From Octopus bimaculoides (taxonomy: Eukaryota): a stretch of 64,000 nt of DNA. The position numbers and the translations under genes are program-made. Of the stretch, positions 1-14,104 are shown one piece after another. Numbering within the stretch: position 1 is the first letter of the stretch; every line of letters begins with the position of its first letter. The notes below the pieces were generated by a model. It worked only from the letters and a program-made list of their open reading frames with translations, ran no database searches and was not told the DNA's origin. The stretch spans positions 26,274,470 through 26,338,469 of the forward strand of contig NC_069006.1 in assembly GCF_001194135.2 (NCBI RefSeq), in the 5' to 3' direction.

Positions 1-1056
1 TACCCTTTCAGATATACTTACATTGTGATTTCTGCAATGTGGTGCATAAATTGTCAAGTAAATGAGACGCATCTTTGCCTCCACTGATTCACTTGCAAAG
101 TGTTGAGTAAAATTATTTCGTTGCAGACCTCCTTTGGGTCTTTTTATTATCACTGCGACACACATAGTCCCCAGTTGGTAACATTGATTTCAAGGCCCTC
201 CTAGATGAGAGACTGACATTCCACTTAATGTCTATGTTCCATGCTGGCATGGATTGGAGAGTTATTAATGTAGAAATATGGTATCGTAGCTACTAACAGT
301 TGAGGGTTGCGTAGTCTAGACGGCGTTTTTAGATTTCATTATTCTCTTTAACCCGGGCAAAGCCGGGTATTTCTGCTAGTAATATATATATATACATAAT
401 ATATATATATACATAATATATCTATATGAAACATCATTTAGCCTCCCACTTTTTGGGGGTAGGACTAGTATACAAAACATACACACAGACCCACATATAC
501 ACACACATAAATACATATATAAAATGTATATTTATTTTTTTTTAAATGGAATATAAAATGAAATACAATATATACACATAAATACATCATACATACATAT
601 AAATACATATATACATCATACATACATATAAATACATATATACATCATACATACATATAAATACATATATTCATACACACAATTACATATACATATACAA
701 TATATGTATAGAGATATACATAAACACACGCACATTACATATATATATACACATAATTACATATTTATACCATATATATACATAAATGTGTGTATATATA
801 TATATATATATATACATACATACATATATATATATACACACACACATTTTTGTTTATCATTTACACCAACAAATGTCTCGTTTGTTCCTTTTTTTAGGTA
901 TGAATATTCTTCGTGTTGAATTACATTTTAAAAATACTTTCATCAACTGGAATCAAGTTTTCCCATCGTTAACATATTTTTCTGTGTAGCTAATTACTGT
1001 CATTTTATAATTAACCAGCAACCATTTTCTCAGCCATTCCTGTTTCACTCTTTACC

Positions 1057-1418
1057 ATTCAGGCTACCCTTGTCAAAATAATGCTTATTATTCATTCATA
1101 TTGTTTTAAATTAATCATCTATTATCTCATTACTTTGAGATTTCAAAGATGTGATTGATTACTTTTAGAATGACATTGTAGGGTAGGTGTGAGAGGCAGG
1201 ATCTGGTCAGTTTGAACATAAAATAAGTAGAATATTTAGATTTCTCTGTCAAATGTAATCCTTATTTCTTCACAGTGTTTTAAATTAATCATGGATTATC
1301 CCATGGCTTTGAGAATTTGATGATGTGATAGTTCATTTTTAGAATGACATTGTAAGGTAGGTGTAAGAGGCCTGATCTGGCCAGGTTGAATGAGATATGT
1401 TCAGTTTAAATGCTAAAT
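1057..1418 (+). mobile_element. Two tandem copies of a piggyBac-type MITE family
   Basis: Same internal sequence as 40658-40864 (..agaatgacattgtagggtaggtgtgagagg..ctggccagtttgaacataaa..), ending in tgctaaa. Confidence 0.6.
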
Positions 1419-1699
1419 GAATTTTTTTTTTCTTCTTTCTGTTTCATTTTTCATTGTCTGAAGCCCAAAGAGAAAATTTATTCTGTATTTTGTAACCAAA
1501 GTCTGCAAACTGTGAAGAACAGATAAAGAAATCTTCACAAATAGTGCCAAGTCAGAATCTCACAACATTCTGGTTGTTCCCAGTCAAGAATCTTCCTTTT
1601 TTTTTAACTGACAGTAGAGATTTCTTTTGTGTGACAAAGCAATGGGCAAAAAAAAAAAATGAGTTAATGGCAAAAAGAAACTGAAGCAGTTTACTGCCA

Positions 1700-4600
1700 T
1701 CATAATTCCAGCCGAGTGTGGTCTGTAAAAAACCGAATCAACTGATGCGTGACGTGTTTGGTGTAGTATGACGCTTGAGTGGCAGCAAGTGAGAAATATA
1801 AGGAAAGGGGGAAGTCTCTGAGTAACACTATGAGGATGAGGACAACATTAACAGCGATGCTGAAGGCCAGGAACATTGCTTTACTTGTTGTGGGAGCTGA
1901 AAATAGATGGAAAAAGACATTAGAAGAAGAGACAGAGAAAGAAAGGAAAATATTCAAACATTTGGGAAAAATTACAATTTGAGGAAAAAGATTTGGCAGA
2001 AAATGTACTGAAAATATATTAGTCATGTCACCTATTTTGACCAACACAAGCTTGATTACAATGTTTTTCATAAGTGATATTTATTTTTTTTTTTAGAATA
2101 TATATTTATAGTGGGATGCCTTGTTTTTAAAGAAGCAAAAGTAGGTGACTATTCTTAAACACCTGGAAAACACTAATTAACTAACACACCTGGAGCTATC
2201 TATGGTACTACTTTCGTTCACAACCTACCTGTGCTACATGTGGTGCAATCTGTAGTAATTAATTCACCACTCACCTGTGCTACATGTGGTACTATCTGTG
2301 GTACTGTCTACTAAACAAGAATCTGTGTTTGATTTCTTCATTGAACTTTGAAAATCGTTTTGTCTGTCAGATTTCTCAAATTGGTCATCAGAACCAAACT
2401 CATGACAGCTTTTAGAATCCGAAGGTTTAATTGAGAAAGAATCCGAGAACACAGAAGCTGTATCGTTGAACTGGTTGGAAGAAGAGAACTTGGACGACGA
2501 CGATAGGCTGTTCTTGTCAAGATACGTACCTGGAAATTCGAGAGAGAGAGAGAAAGAGAGAGAGATGGTTTAAAACACACGGCATAAACTCAAACAAGGT
2601 GGGACACAACAAGCAAATCCATAAATACAAAATCAACAAGAGAAATATTCTACAGTTAAGTGACCTACACAATAGAGCCACTGTTTAGTATTTAAACCAG
2701 CCATATCCAGCCTAAATATTCTGTTTCAGGTTCAAACCAGCCAGATCTGGCTTCTAAGAATGATTTGAATACTAAAAGGTTAACCTTCCTGTTTTTAAAA
2801 GACGTCGACAATCGCTGTTGCCTGAATAGTAAAATCTACACCCTATCTACCTCCATAAACTCACATGGACTCTTCCTAACCAGATTTTGACTAAGTGCAC
2901 TGTACCTCACTACAGTTTATATATTTCTTAATATCCCTTAATAGGTACCATAGTGAGGTACAATCTACTTGTGTCAAAGTACTGCTGTATGTACATAGAC
3001 ACGCAGAATTATACTTCAACATTGTACTTAGGTGGACTTGTCATATTCTCCCTACAATGTCATTCTAAGAATAAAGCAGTCACACTGAAATCTCAAAGCT
3101 AGGAGATAATCCATGATCGATTCAAAACGTGAATAAATGAACATTTGACAGAGTAATGCTAAAGGGACACCCAGAGCTGGCCCCATTGGTTTCTAACACT
3201 TACCATTCTCCTCCCAGCATCTCCCCCATATATTTTCATTCCTCCCTTCATTAGCTTTTCTGGAACATTCCAGAGAACAGAAAGAGAGAGAGAGAAAAAC
3301 AAACAAGTACTTACCAGACGATGAGACGTTCTTCTTATCATAGAGTAACCTGGCAGGGGCAATGTCCCCTCGTGATAAAACAGATGAAGGACTGCGGGGC
3401 CACCTGTTGAATGAACCCATACCTGAAAGCAAATAGGAAGTGTCAGGCAGAATACCTCTTGGTGTTGGCTTCCATCTCTTTTTGCCATTTATATTAACAT
3501 TACCGATCTTACTTTGGACAAAAGTAAAATATTGACCAGGCAAAATACTGGAGGGGTGGAGATGTAAATGAAAATTGTTAAGGGGATACCCCAGCATGAC
3601 CACAGTAAAAAAAAAAAAATTTTTAATTAATCTACTCTTAATTAAAAAGGAGAAACAGATATGTGTGGTAATGTGCTTAATGAGGTTGTTAGGGTATGAC
3701 TTTTAATACTAACATGTCTGAGGCCAATCCCTCGTCTTATGATAAAAATAATCCTGAAACAAAATACACTTTGACCCTGCAGTATTTATTCCACCTCCTG
3801 TTCTGAATTCAGATCCCACTATGCTAAAGTTAGAATTCATCTTTCTGGGGTTAATAAAAAACTACACTAGGACAGGGGACTGGCAGAACCCCATTAGAGC
3901 AGGGAATGAGGTGCCTTGTGGTATTTCTTTTGACTTCAATTCCTGCCATGGCCTACTTGGGTGATAGACTTTCTAGTTTAACATCAAAACAGGGTCCTGG
4001 AGTCAATTTAACAACAGAGGCCACTTTGTGGCTAATATTTGAGACGAAGTCACCAGCCTGAGAATATCTTCTGCCCAACTTTAACCAGTCTTAGAGGCAT
4101 CACAACATAAAATAGAGAGTGTTTAGTGTTGCAGGAACGAAGAAACCCCACTGGTGCTGGTGTTATGATCAAAAGCACCCAGTATAGTCTGTAAAGTGGT
4201 TAATGCCAGGAAGGGCATGCAACCATGGAAAGCATAACAGGGCATGGTCATCCAAGCTAAGAGAACATAACTCCAAGTAAGAACTGTTTTGATCTGGGAA
4301 AACCCAACTGGTACAGAAAGCAGGCATAAAAATGATACACAGACATAGAAAAGGAAAATAACTTACTAGATTTAGAGGTATTAAAGGATCGTCCGAGGTT
4401 AATGCTGTCCATCTTCAGACCAAGGATTTTATCTGAGATACTGTTGTGTTGATCATCTGGAAGTGACTGATAATGGGACAATGGAGAAAGAGGAGAGAGG
4501 TTGGAAGCATTGAACTGGTTCAGTAATCCACTGGAAGAAAAACATTTTTTGATGGGGGAGGAATATGAGGAGAATAAGTTGGGCGAAGTGCTCCGACATC

Positions 4601-6444
4601 TGTTGAACGCAGACCCATCAGATGCTTTGCTAAGGGAACCAAAACTGGGAATGTCTGTCTGACTTCCAGAAGAAAACGGCGGAAAGTTTGTCTGAACAGA
4701 AAGTGGGCTCCATGATGACTTCCTGACGGGGAAATTGATTAGAGAAGCAGAGCTCTTACTCCTGTGTAGAGGACGAGTTGATGGGTAGAGGGGTTTGCAA
4801 CGGAGCAATGGTGATGCGGAAAAGGATTTATAGGAACTGGCAGATGAGTTGGCTGTATGGTAGCTTTTCACAGACCCTGGCTTTGGGGAACTGCATGAAG
4901 AATCACTGAGTGATGTCTGTGATGCAAAACTGTCAGAATAACTGAAAAGATTCAAGAAAAAAAAAAAGAGAAATATCCATTTAGCTGCTTGAAGGTGACA
5001 GTATGTGTCTGTGTCTATATAAATATATGTGTGTGTGTGTGTGTATACATATATAGTCTGTGGTGTGTATGAGCACAGATTCATTTGAAATGGAAACAAA
5101 CTTACTCTAATTCTTCTTGGCTTTGGTAATTCACTCTGGTCCAAACCAGACAAAGACAGGTAGAAACGGTGTTGACAATATGACAGAGACAGTGCAGGCC
5201 AACAGCGAGAGGGGAGGCAGGTCTGTCGTGGAGGAACATCAAGCCCACCACATTGAGCAGGAGCCAGAGGAGGGCATCGACCACGTCAGCAGCATATAAA
5301 CTGAAGCAAAAAGAAATTGAATACGGATAGAAATGGATAAGTGAATGCTTGCTACAAATTAGCGGTGCATGTGTGTGCATCCATATATATATATATATAT
5401 ATATGCGACACACACAAACACACATATGGCAACACATACGTCGACATACACACACACACATATATATATATGGCAACAAACACACATACACATGTATGGC
5501 GATAAACACACACATATATATATGGTCACACACAGATTTATTAATGAAGGGAGCCTTAAATCTGTCAGCAAGAAAATTCTGTAGTGAAGAAAAAACATTT
5601 TTCGTTAATAAACTAGCCCTATCAGGTGGCTTTTAAGCTAGCTCCTGTGGAGGGCTCTTCATTAGGTCTTGGGCCCAGCAATGACACTTCATGCATTGAG
5701 TACATTCTTTTATTCTTTTACTTGCTTCAGTCATTTCACTGCGGCCATACTGGAGCACCGCCTTTAGTCGAGAAAATCAATGTTAGCTTGGAAGGATTTC
5801 ACATCACACAATGATTATGGGCAAGGCATGAACATCATCAAAACTTCAATCCTAATCAAAGAGAAACTGGCAAAGTGGGATGAGAAGACTTACCTGACTC
5901 TTCCAAGAAATAAAAACTTTGATGCCAGGCAGAAGAAGAGACCAGAAATAGCAATGGGACAAACATTTCTGGTGAGCAGCTGACACAGATGAACTGACCA
6001 AACGGGCAACATCATTGTTGAGAAGAAGTTGAAAGAGACTTGGAAGATGCATACGATAAGGAGGATCATAGCCGAGACAAAACTGAACATTTGTAGGAGG
6101 GACGGCAGCTGGTCTTGAACACACGACAACTTGGATGACTGAAGTTAAAGCAACAACACAATGAATAGAATTAGTGAAACCTTCATTTCAATATAAATAC
6201 AGCAAAACCTCGGTTTAAGAATGTCTCTCGTCATCAACAAATCAGTTTACAAACAATTTTTCTAATTTAAAACATCTCAGGTGACAAACAGGTGTCTTGA
6301 GTAATAAACATATAAGCTGGCATTGACGGTTGGCAACAAGCTGGGAGGATTTATTTCTCACTGGACAGGTAATTTTTTTTGCTGATCCCATCTATAATGG
6401 AACAATAAACTATATATGTATATATATGTATATGTATATATATG

Positions 6445-6490
<46 letters not shown>

Positions 6491-9400
6491 GCACACATAT
6501 CTTGTACTGCTTGGTTCTTTTACTTGTTTCAGTCATAGGACCGTGGCCATGCTGGGGCATCACCTTCAAGAGTTTAGTCAAATTGATCCCAGGACTTATT
6601 TTTAAGGTTAACTACTTATTTTATTGGTCACAATTGTTGTTGTTGTTGTTTAGCCCCAGGTCAGTCTTAATCCACTGAGCCTATGACCAAAGATGCTCCA
6701 TCCATGCCCATCTCCTCTTTTATTCTAATTAGTGTACATCAGGGACTACAGCATCCAAATATATTTTTCTTAAGGCTTGAAGAGGGGAAGAAGAAACAAG
6801 ATAAGGAAAGCCTTTCCTCATAAAGTGAGCTCGTCCAACCCATGCCAGCATGGAAAGCAGATGTTAAATGATGATGATGAGTTTACCTGAGATGAGGTAG
6901 AAGTAGAGACTGTAGAGAGAGAAGATGTAGGGGACAAAGCACTGCCACTGAGAGTCTGGGGGTATTTCATCTTCAAAAACATATCGAGTTTCTCCAGCTC
7001 CTGTTGGACATAAAGTTTACACTTGTAGCAGAGATTGTAGATTTTCTCCAGGTGTTCTTTGTAATCGTTCACCTCTTTGTTGTAGTTGGCCTAAACAATT
7101 TGGAAAACAAGAAAATACTATTATTAATAAGAATCCTTTATTTGCCACCAGCGCAAAGGATTAGGGGGGACAATACAGACATAAAGAGGGGGTTTACATA
7201 TGAAATGATAAAATAAAGAAAAAATATATAAGCATACAATAAAGGGACGTATATATAGTATACAAAAGTAAAAAGAAAAAAGGATGATAGAGATACAGTG
7301 CTCCAGATACAAGAGAGACCTCTAAGGAAAGGGATAATCAAGGAACCCCACTGCCTAAGACCTCCCTGAACACCAAGGGTCCTCTCCAGTTCCTTTCCTC
7401 CAACTCACGGGTCTACACTTAGAGCAGTACCATCCACTCTTGCCGTTTAGGCTATTTTTCACCCAACTTTCAATAAATTCACTGAAGGACAGCACTTCCC
7501 CCGCCACCCTTACTTGCCTTTTCAAATGGAACTTGAAAAGTCAATAAGACCTTTACCAAAGAGGAATGTATCTGTCCTCATGCCTTTCAACCTTGACCAC
7601 CAGACAACTTCTTTCACCACAGGCAAAGAAAAACAGCCTTGCCTGCCCAATTAAAGGAGGGCAACAGGACAATCATCATTGAATTTGTATAACAGTATTA
7701 ATAATAATTGACACAACATTACAAGACTAACCTCAACAAATGGTTTAAAGACAGCCAACTGTTGAACTTTGAGAAGTTGTCTTTCATTGCAGGCAGAACA
7801 GAGACCATTGGATAAAGGAACCATTTTCTGTTTGGAACAGGAAATTGGGAAGTTGAGTTCGGGAGACCATTGAGCTGGAATTGGTTTATTGTAATCACCA
7901 TCCTAAATAACAAAAAGAAAAAAAAAATTAAGAAAAAATATATCAAAATTTGGAATAGAAAAAAAATAATCAAAAATATACCAAAAGCAAAACAAAATGA
8001 TACAGGATGAAGACCACAACTGGTGTATCCATTGTTTTTTGACATGGGACAAGACTTATGCTCATTGGTTTGTTCAGTCTCAGGTATCTTTATCTTTTAC
8101 TTACTGTGGCCATGCTGGGGCACCATCTTGAAGACACGCACACACAAACACACGTTGGGCTTCTTTCAGTTTCCATCTATCAAATCCACTCACAAGGCTT
8201 TGATCGGCTTGAGGCTACAGTAGAAGATACTTGCCCTGGGTGTCATCCAGTGGGACTGAACCTGGAACCATGTGTGTGGGAAGCAAACTTCTTACCACAC
8301 GGCCACGCCTGTTCTTATGTTAATATTATTTCTAACAGATGCAAAGCCACACAATTTGGTAGAGGTGAGGGCTTACAGTTACAACTGACATTCATATTCA
8401 ACAAGTACTTCAGTTTATTTGACCCCAGAAAGCCAAGTTGATCTTGGTAGAGTTTGAACACACAACATAAAGATAAACATTACTTCAAGACATTTTGTCT
8501 GTCCCCTTATCAATCCCCTCATTACTCACAAATGTATTAATGTCACCTTTATCTTCTTACCTTTTTAAATCCATTGTATTGTTCACAGTGGGGGCAATCC
8601 CAACAATTACAATTACCAAAGGGGACGGTGGATTTCTCACTACAAAACCAACACACAACTCGAACGGGGAACTTGGCCCTAAAAATAATAAATACAAAAT
8701 AATACAGTGATACCACCAAGCTCATCTTACAAATCAATTTTCCCCATTGAAATTAACTAAAATATAATTAATCCGTTCCAACCCCGTCAAAACCACTCAA
8801 AAATAATTTTTCATGGGTTTTAAAACAGAAAAGGTAGATACAAGTAACATGGCAATTATAAAAAGAGAATGCAAAAGAAATATGCCAAAACTGACATCGC
8901 CTGTGTCGCATAAAAAGCACCAGGTCCACCCTGCTGAGTGGTTGGTGTCAGGAAGGGCATCCAGCTGTAAAAATCCTGCCAAAACAGTCACAGAAGTCTG
9001 GTGCAGGCTTCTGTCAGGTTGGCTCTTGTGAAACCGTCGCACCCATGCCAGCATGGAAGGCGAACGTTAAATGATGATGATCGTGATATATGTTTGTGGA
9101 TCTGTGTCCCCACCGCCATCGCTTATCAACCGATGTTGGTGTGTTTACGTCCCCATAATATAGAGGTTCGGCAAAAGTGACCGATGAAATAAGTATTAGG
9201 CTTACAAAAAATAAGTCCTGGGATCGATCTAATTGACAACATAAATGATTCTCAGTCTTTTCAAAAACAAAAACACCTTTTATTTAAAGGAATTTTCCCC
9301 AGACACCCTATAAAACAATAACTGACTCAAACGAAATATTCGCCCAATCCTTGCAAGCATGGAAAAACAGGCGTAAGACAAACGAACAACTTCATCCCCG

Positions 9401-10939
9401 GTTTTGAAAAGTCTGCCTTGTCAACAAATTGTGAGCTCAGCTGACAAACCTTTAAAAGTCCGAGGGGCCCCCAGCCATCCTGCTTGGGCACCACTGGACT
9501 ATACCCAGCTCCCCAAATATCTACCGTCTCGTGTTAGAAATCAATAAATGCAGTTGCTGTCTTCGATCTGTCTCCGGGATCGGCAATGAAACAAGATCTA
9601 ATTCTATATCTGTGTGGTTGGTTTTGTTTCATCTACGTCCCAACTCATTTGATCAAAAGACAACCCTGCCAGGAACATCCCGATTTTTATTTCTAGGCAG
9701 ATAGTCTACCTTGGACTATACTACCAAATGTGTTTCATTTGAAATAGTAAAGTTTAATTAATTCCTTAACCCCAGGTCAGTCCCCAACGATCAGACCATG
9801 ATCAAAAGGCATTCTAACCATGACCGTCCCAACTTTTCAGACAACAGTAGACGTGATTTAAGGGAGTTGACTGCTGTTTCTAACAGATCGAACGTTCCAC
9901 GTGATCGAACGTCAGCACGTGTATTGGTGTAGATTTAACAATCCCAATACTAACACTGTGACAATTGCACGTATAAGAAATTAATATACTACCACATGTT
10001 GGGTGGTAATCGAAGGATCAAGCGATCGAATAGCTGTTGATCCTTCTAGCCATGTCCACCCCAATTTTAATTTTTTTCTTCTTTTCATGCATAGTGTACC
10101 TAAGACTACATTAACAAAAATGTCCTGCGAGAGTAGCCTGCGGTTCGAAGACAGAAAGGCGGGAAAGATTGGCTGCTATTTCTAACAGGTCTAGCGATCG
10201 CGTAAACGTTTCCTTGTAATGTGGTAAAGATTTAATTAATTTAAACAATCACTGCAAGTCGTGTGTGAGGTTTAAGGCAAGACAAAAGATACTTAATAGT
10301 GACAACCATATTTTTCTAGAAATGTCCGTGAAATATACATATCTGTCTGTCTCTGTTACTCGAAAACAGAAGCTAAAATCTATTGTTTCTAATGTTAAAT
10401 CCTTGCAATCGGTGATTAATTAAAGTATATAAAGAAAAGCGGTAAAGTGTTTCGTTCGGACTTTGGGAGTTTAAAAAGCAAAGATGCAGACATTCCGAGT
10501 TAATTAAAGTATTTAATGAGGTGTGTCGTGTTTTTATTAATGAAAATAAAGAAAATAATGGTCCAGATGGACTATACGTAATGTGAACCTAATAATAGAA
10601 AAGAGTAAAATTAGAGACGGAAGATATATATTTGTATAATATAGAGAGATATTTCTCTAATGCAGATATATCTTCCTAAATCTGTCGAGTGTCCGTCCAA
10701 GATCGTGGCTTCGTGACTCCGACACGTGTTGGCGCCAAATTAAAAGAAAAAAAACAAGAAAATAAAACAAAATTCTGAAAAAAAAAAAATTTCGATGCAA
10801 ATCAATTGAAAGAGTAACAACAAGAAGCTCACCTAATTAATTTAAATATTACAATAGTACAACCAAATAGTGCAAAAACTGCGAGAAAAGCGGCGACGAT
10901 CTGTAAATAAAAGAAATACTCCATGGTGGACATGGACAT
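1700..10939 (-). CDS. TMEM201: Transmembrane protein 201 (Samp1/Ima1-family inner nuclear membrane protein), 10 coding exons, 724 aa
   Basis: Exons: 10833-10939, 8561-8678, 7732-7902, 6887-7090, 5894-6138, 5106-5300, 4367-4941, 3315-3422, 2275-2529, 1700-1896 (2175 nt). All introns are GT-AG and phases are compatible. Ima1_N motifs are present: VCWFC..VPFGNCNCWDCPHCEQYNGF-DGDYNKPIPAQ, LCSACN, YKEHLEKIYNLCYKC. These are followed by TM segments, a Ser-rich region with IAPARL and CLVDSTT, and a C-terminal TM FSIAVNVVLIL. An alternative start at 10924 has a perfect CCACCATGG context. Confidence 0.93.
7330..7680 (-). mobile_element. Decayed L1/Tx1-type LINE 3' fragment in TMEM201 intron 3
   Basis: With frameshifts, the minus strand reads VVKEVVWWSRLKG..LIDFFKFHLKR.VRV..EVLSFSEFIE.W, resembling Tx1-clade ORF2 C-termini as I recall them. 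Confidence 0.5.
8130..8310 (-). mobile_element. tRNA-derived SINE, family B
   Basis: Head gtggtaagaagtttgcttcc..ggttcagtcccactg, body ending gaaactgaaagaagcc plus a (TG)n tail. Further copies at about 25965-26140(-), 33270-33470(+), 51030-51130(-), 60105-60180(+) and 60945-61045(+). Confidence 0.7.
8880..9082 (-). mobile_element. SINE/LINE-tail repeat, family D
   Basis: catcatcatttaacgt..ccatgctggcatggg..gctggatgcccttcct..gtgcttttatg. Copies at about 19770-19910, 27690-27845, 33855-34035, 51170-51295 and 51735-51900. Confidence 0.7.
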
Positions 10940-10940
10940 C

Positions 10941-10980
10941 TAACGGAAGTGTCGGCATCTATAACGGAAGTGACGTCAAT
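10941..10980. promoter_or_regulatory. TMEM201 proximal element: tandem ACGGAAGT (ETS) sites, the second overlapping a full CRE
   Basis: TAACGGAAGTG occurs at 10941 and 10962, and TGACGTCA at 10971-10978, immediately 5' of the TMEM201 ATG. Confidence 0.55.
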
Positions 10981-13900
10981 CAGCATGGCAGCTGATGGAC
11001 GACGTTTCAGGGTTTGGGGTTAAATTTTCCATCAAATATTGACTAAAACAAACACAGCGAGAGACTTTCGGGGGATTAGTAAATATTTTAGCCTTGACTG
11101 GTGGTGATTCGGGTTTTGCACGATAACGGTTTCGATTCCTGGACTGCGCGGTGCGTCTTGAGCAAAACACTTTATTTCAAGTTGCTTTGCGATCCGAGAT
11201 ATGGAACACCTTTGACCTGTTGTTTATATATATATACATACATACACTTGCTCGTTGTAACTACACATGTCTTTGTTTTTCTATAAATTTGAACCATATA
11301 TATATAGAAAATAAATCCCTAGACTCTCCAGCAAGAAATTAATGACCCGTCTTTCTCGGATTCAAGAGTCTACCATTATTATATAGGCAATGCTTGGTAT
11401 CGACAGACAAAATAGTCGAGTTCAAATCTCACCCAGGTCGACTTTACGTTTCATTTTTCGGTAAATTTTTATCCTTTCACCCGCACGATTTTCACTAAGA
11501 AAAAAAAATCTGATTTTTTGTGTGGAATCAAGTACCCTGACCGCCTAATATGCTGTAAACTCCTTATTTCCGTTCGGAGAAAAAAAGTGGGCGACAGGAC
11601 CACCACCCCGTCATCGTTGGAATATTTTTTTTCGTTGAATGAACTACGGTGACCTCTTAATACGCTACAATACTCTTTTGGGGGTCTGGAAAACGGAGTG
11701 GGGTGAGGTGGAAGCTTCGGAAATTTCACCCCCACCCCATTTAATCTTTTCACCCTCACGATTTTCACATCTCCGTATTTTTCGCAAAAAAAAAAATTGT
11801 AGAAGAGTAAAAATTGAAGAATTTTGGTCGGGGGGAATTAAAATTTGAAAGTACCGTTTTTAAATAAAGTTTTAAATATTTTTATGAACACTTTTCTGGA
11901 ACCTCCACAAGGTCCACATGAAAGGGATTGCACACATATACCTATATAAATTCCTGTACATATCAAATAATATATATCTCTCACTAAATAGAATACTTTT
12001 ATGTTGATCCCACTCATGACACAACAGTATACATGTATATATAAATGTGTGTGTGTGTGTAATATGTCAACATTATTTCACCACTTTACAGACAATGGCA
12101 GACTGAAGAACAATACATTGAAGAAATCAATGAGTTTGGAATGTGAAATATCTTTAGGAATTTGCTGCTATTGTTTGGGTACAGAATAAAAGAAAGCTTT
12201 TGATAGCACTAGTCCACCATGGAAACCAAAAACAGCAAGGATTGTGGAACCATTTCAAACAACAGGAGATATATTGAATGAAATGCCAAAACCAACCAGT
12301 TTCCACCTATCCATCTATCTGTCTATTTACCTACACATACACATAGACATGCATGTACACACATACACATACACATGTATCTATGCACTTTTAGCATTAC
12401 AAACGAAAAACAATATAGTAGAGGTTATTTACTTCAGCTTTAGTAATATTCTTCCGTCTTCTTCCTTGGTTCCATTCCTGGTTCTTGTTGTACTCCTGGG
12501 GTTTTAACTTTGGTTACATTTTAGTCTTTTTAACTTTGATTATATTGGTCATATTCTACTTTGACCACATACATTTTGTTCATCACACACACACACAAGA
12601 TTTATGCATTTACCTTGGAAAATCAGACAGATTAACACACATCCAAATACACACCTGTATTCATGTGTGTGTGTGAGTGTGTATTTGTAGGATACATGAT
12701 GCTTGCATCCCAAGTGTGAGATGATACATGTCGGAGAGACATGGACTGCAAATGTGGAAGAAGTATAGAGACTGGAAAACTTTGAGTTGGTTCTGCTGCA
12801 TATTTAAAGACAGTCGTGTGTGAATAATGAAGAGGAGGAGAGATGAGTGGAGGTTTCAGTTGTGTAAAAACAAGAGGAGAAGCAAAGGTGTGTGAACAAG
12901 GAAGAAGTGAGCCCAGTGGAAAGGGACCACAGAAAAGTGGATAGGGGCCATAGAAGAAGATGTGAAACAAGTGAAAAAGAGTCCCAAACAGGGAGATGGA
13001 AAGAGAAATGGCAAAACTGCAGCAGACAGTGAAATATCAGAGATAACACATCTGATGATTGGGAGCCTGGGAAAATAGATGTAAAATAGTGAGATTCTTT
13101 TCATTAATATGCTTGTGTGTGTGATTAAAAGCAAAAAATATTAGGTAAATAAAGAATTCAATAGGTGAAGTAAATGAAATATTTCATAAAATATCGATGA
13201 AATAAGCACACACACGAGTAATGTAGAGGAATAATGTAAAGGTTCAATGTATAGGGGTAATGTATAGGGTTGATTCAAAGATCTAAATATCGCAATGTAT
13301 AGGGAGAAAGGTATAGAAACATCAGACAAGAGAAAAGTCCAAAAGCGAGATAGATGAGGGGAAGAATTATTGATCTTGCTAGAGAGTTTGGCCCCAGATT
13401 AGTTTCCATCAACCTTAACACAATCAAGCCATGATGGAAGCTACTATAGGGTCACTTAGCCCACAAGAAATAGCAACTAAATTCCCTTTATGTCTTTAAA
13501 AGGTGAAGGATTTATTGGATATTGTGTTTATAGATATCTATAAAAACAAAAACAAGATGGTCATGGCTGGAAAGCCTTTAACTATAGTCTGCTCCATCAG
13601 GCATTATTTAGGAGTAAGTAATGGCAACAACTTCCGCACAATTTTCTTGACAGCTGTAAATATGTACCCTGTAAGGTACCGTGGATATCACTAGGTACCA
13701 CAGGAGATAGAACTGGCTCACTGGCAAATTCGTAACACTGAGTGAAACGCTTAGCGGCATTTTATCCGTCTTTATGTTTTACATTCTGAGTTCAAATTCT
13801 ACCTAGGTCAACTTTGCCTTTTATCTTTTCGGGGGTCGATAAATGAAGTCCCAGTTGAGCAGTGGGGTCAATGTAATCGACTTACCCACCTGCCTCAAAC

Positions 13901-14104
13901 ATTTGAAACCAATAGATTCAGGTGGTGGGCTGGTCAAATCATTAGGACATGGGCAAAATGCTGACCAATATTTCGTCTGCTTTAATTTCTGAGTTTAAAT
14001 TCCTCCACAATCCACATTGTCTCTCATCCTTTTGGGGTCAATAGAATAAGTACCACCTCAGCCCTGGGGTCATTGTAATTGACTTTCCTGCCTCTCCCAA
14101 ATAT

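Noticed and set aside
704-989. HT/IY/CV-rich ORFs here and at 5349-5636, 6330-6678, 20887-21514, 27830-28273 and 54792-55041
   Set aside because: Translations of (CA)n, (TA)n and (GA)n microsatellites or N gaps.
4942-5153. N-terminal part of the 298-aa ORF 4257-5153, including KPRRIR, which resembles human TMEM201 GPRRFR
   Set aside because: It crosses a (CA)n/(TA)n intron. Only the exon-6 frame ending EEL-D joins exon 7 without a stop, so the similarity is treated as coincidental.
12700-13070. Purine-rich strand-asymmetric tract resembling Glu/Lys-rich coding sequence
   Set aside because: Stops occur in the plus frames I examined and no splice framework was found; the minus-strand ORFs are Leu/Phe/Ser shadows.
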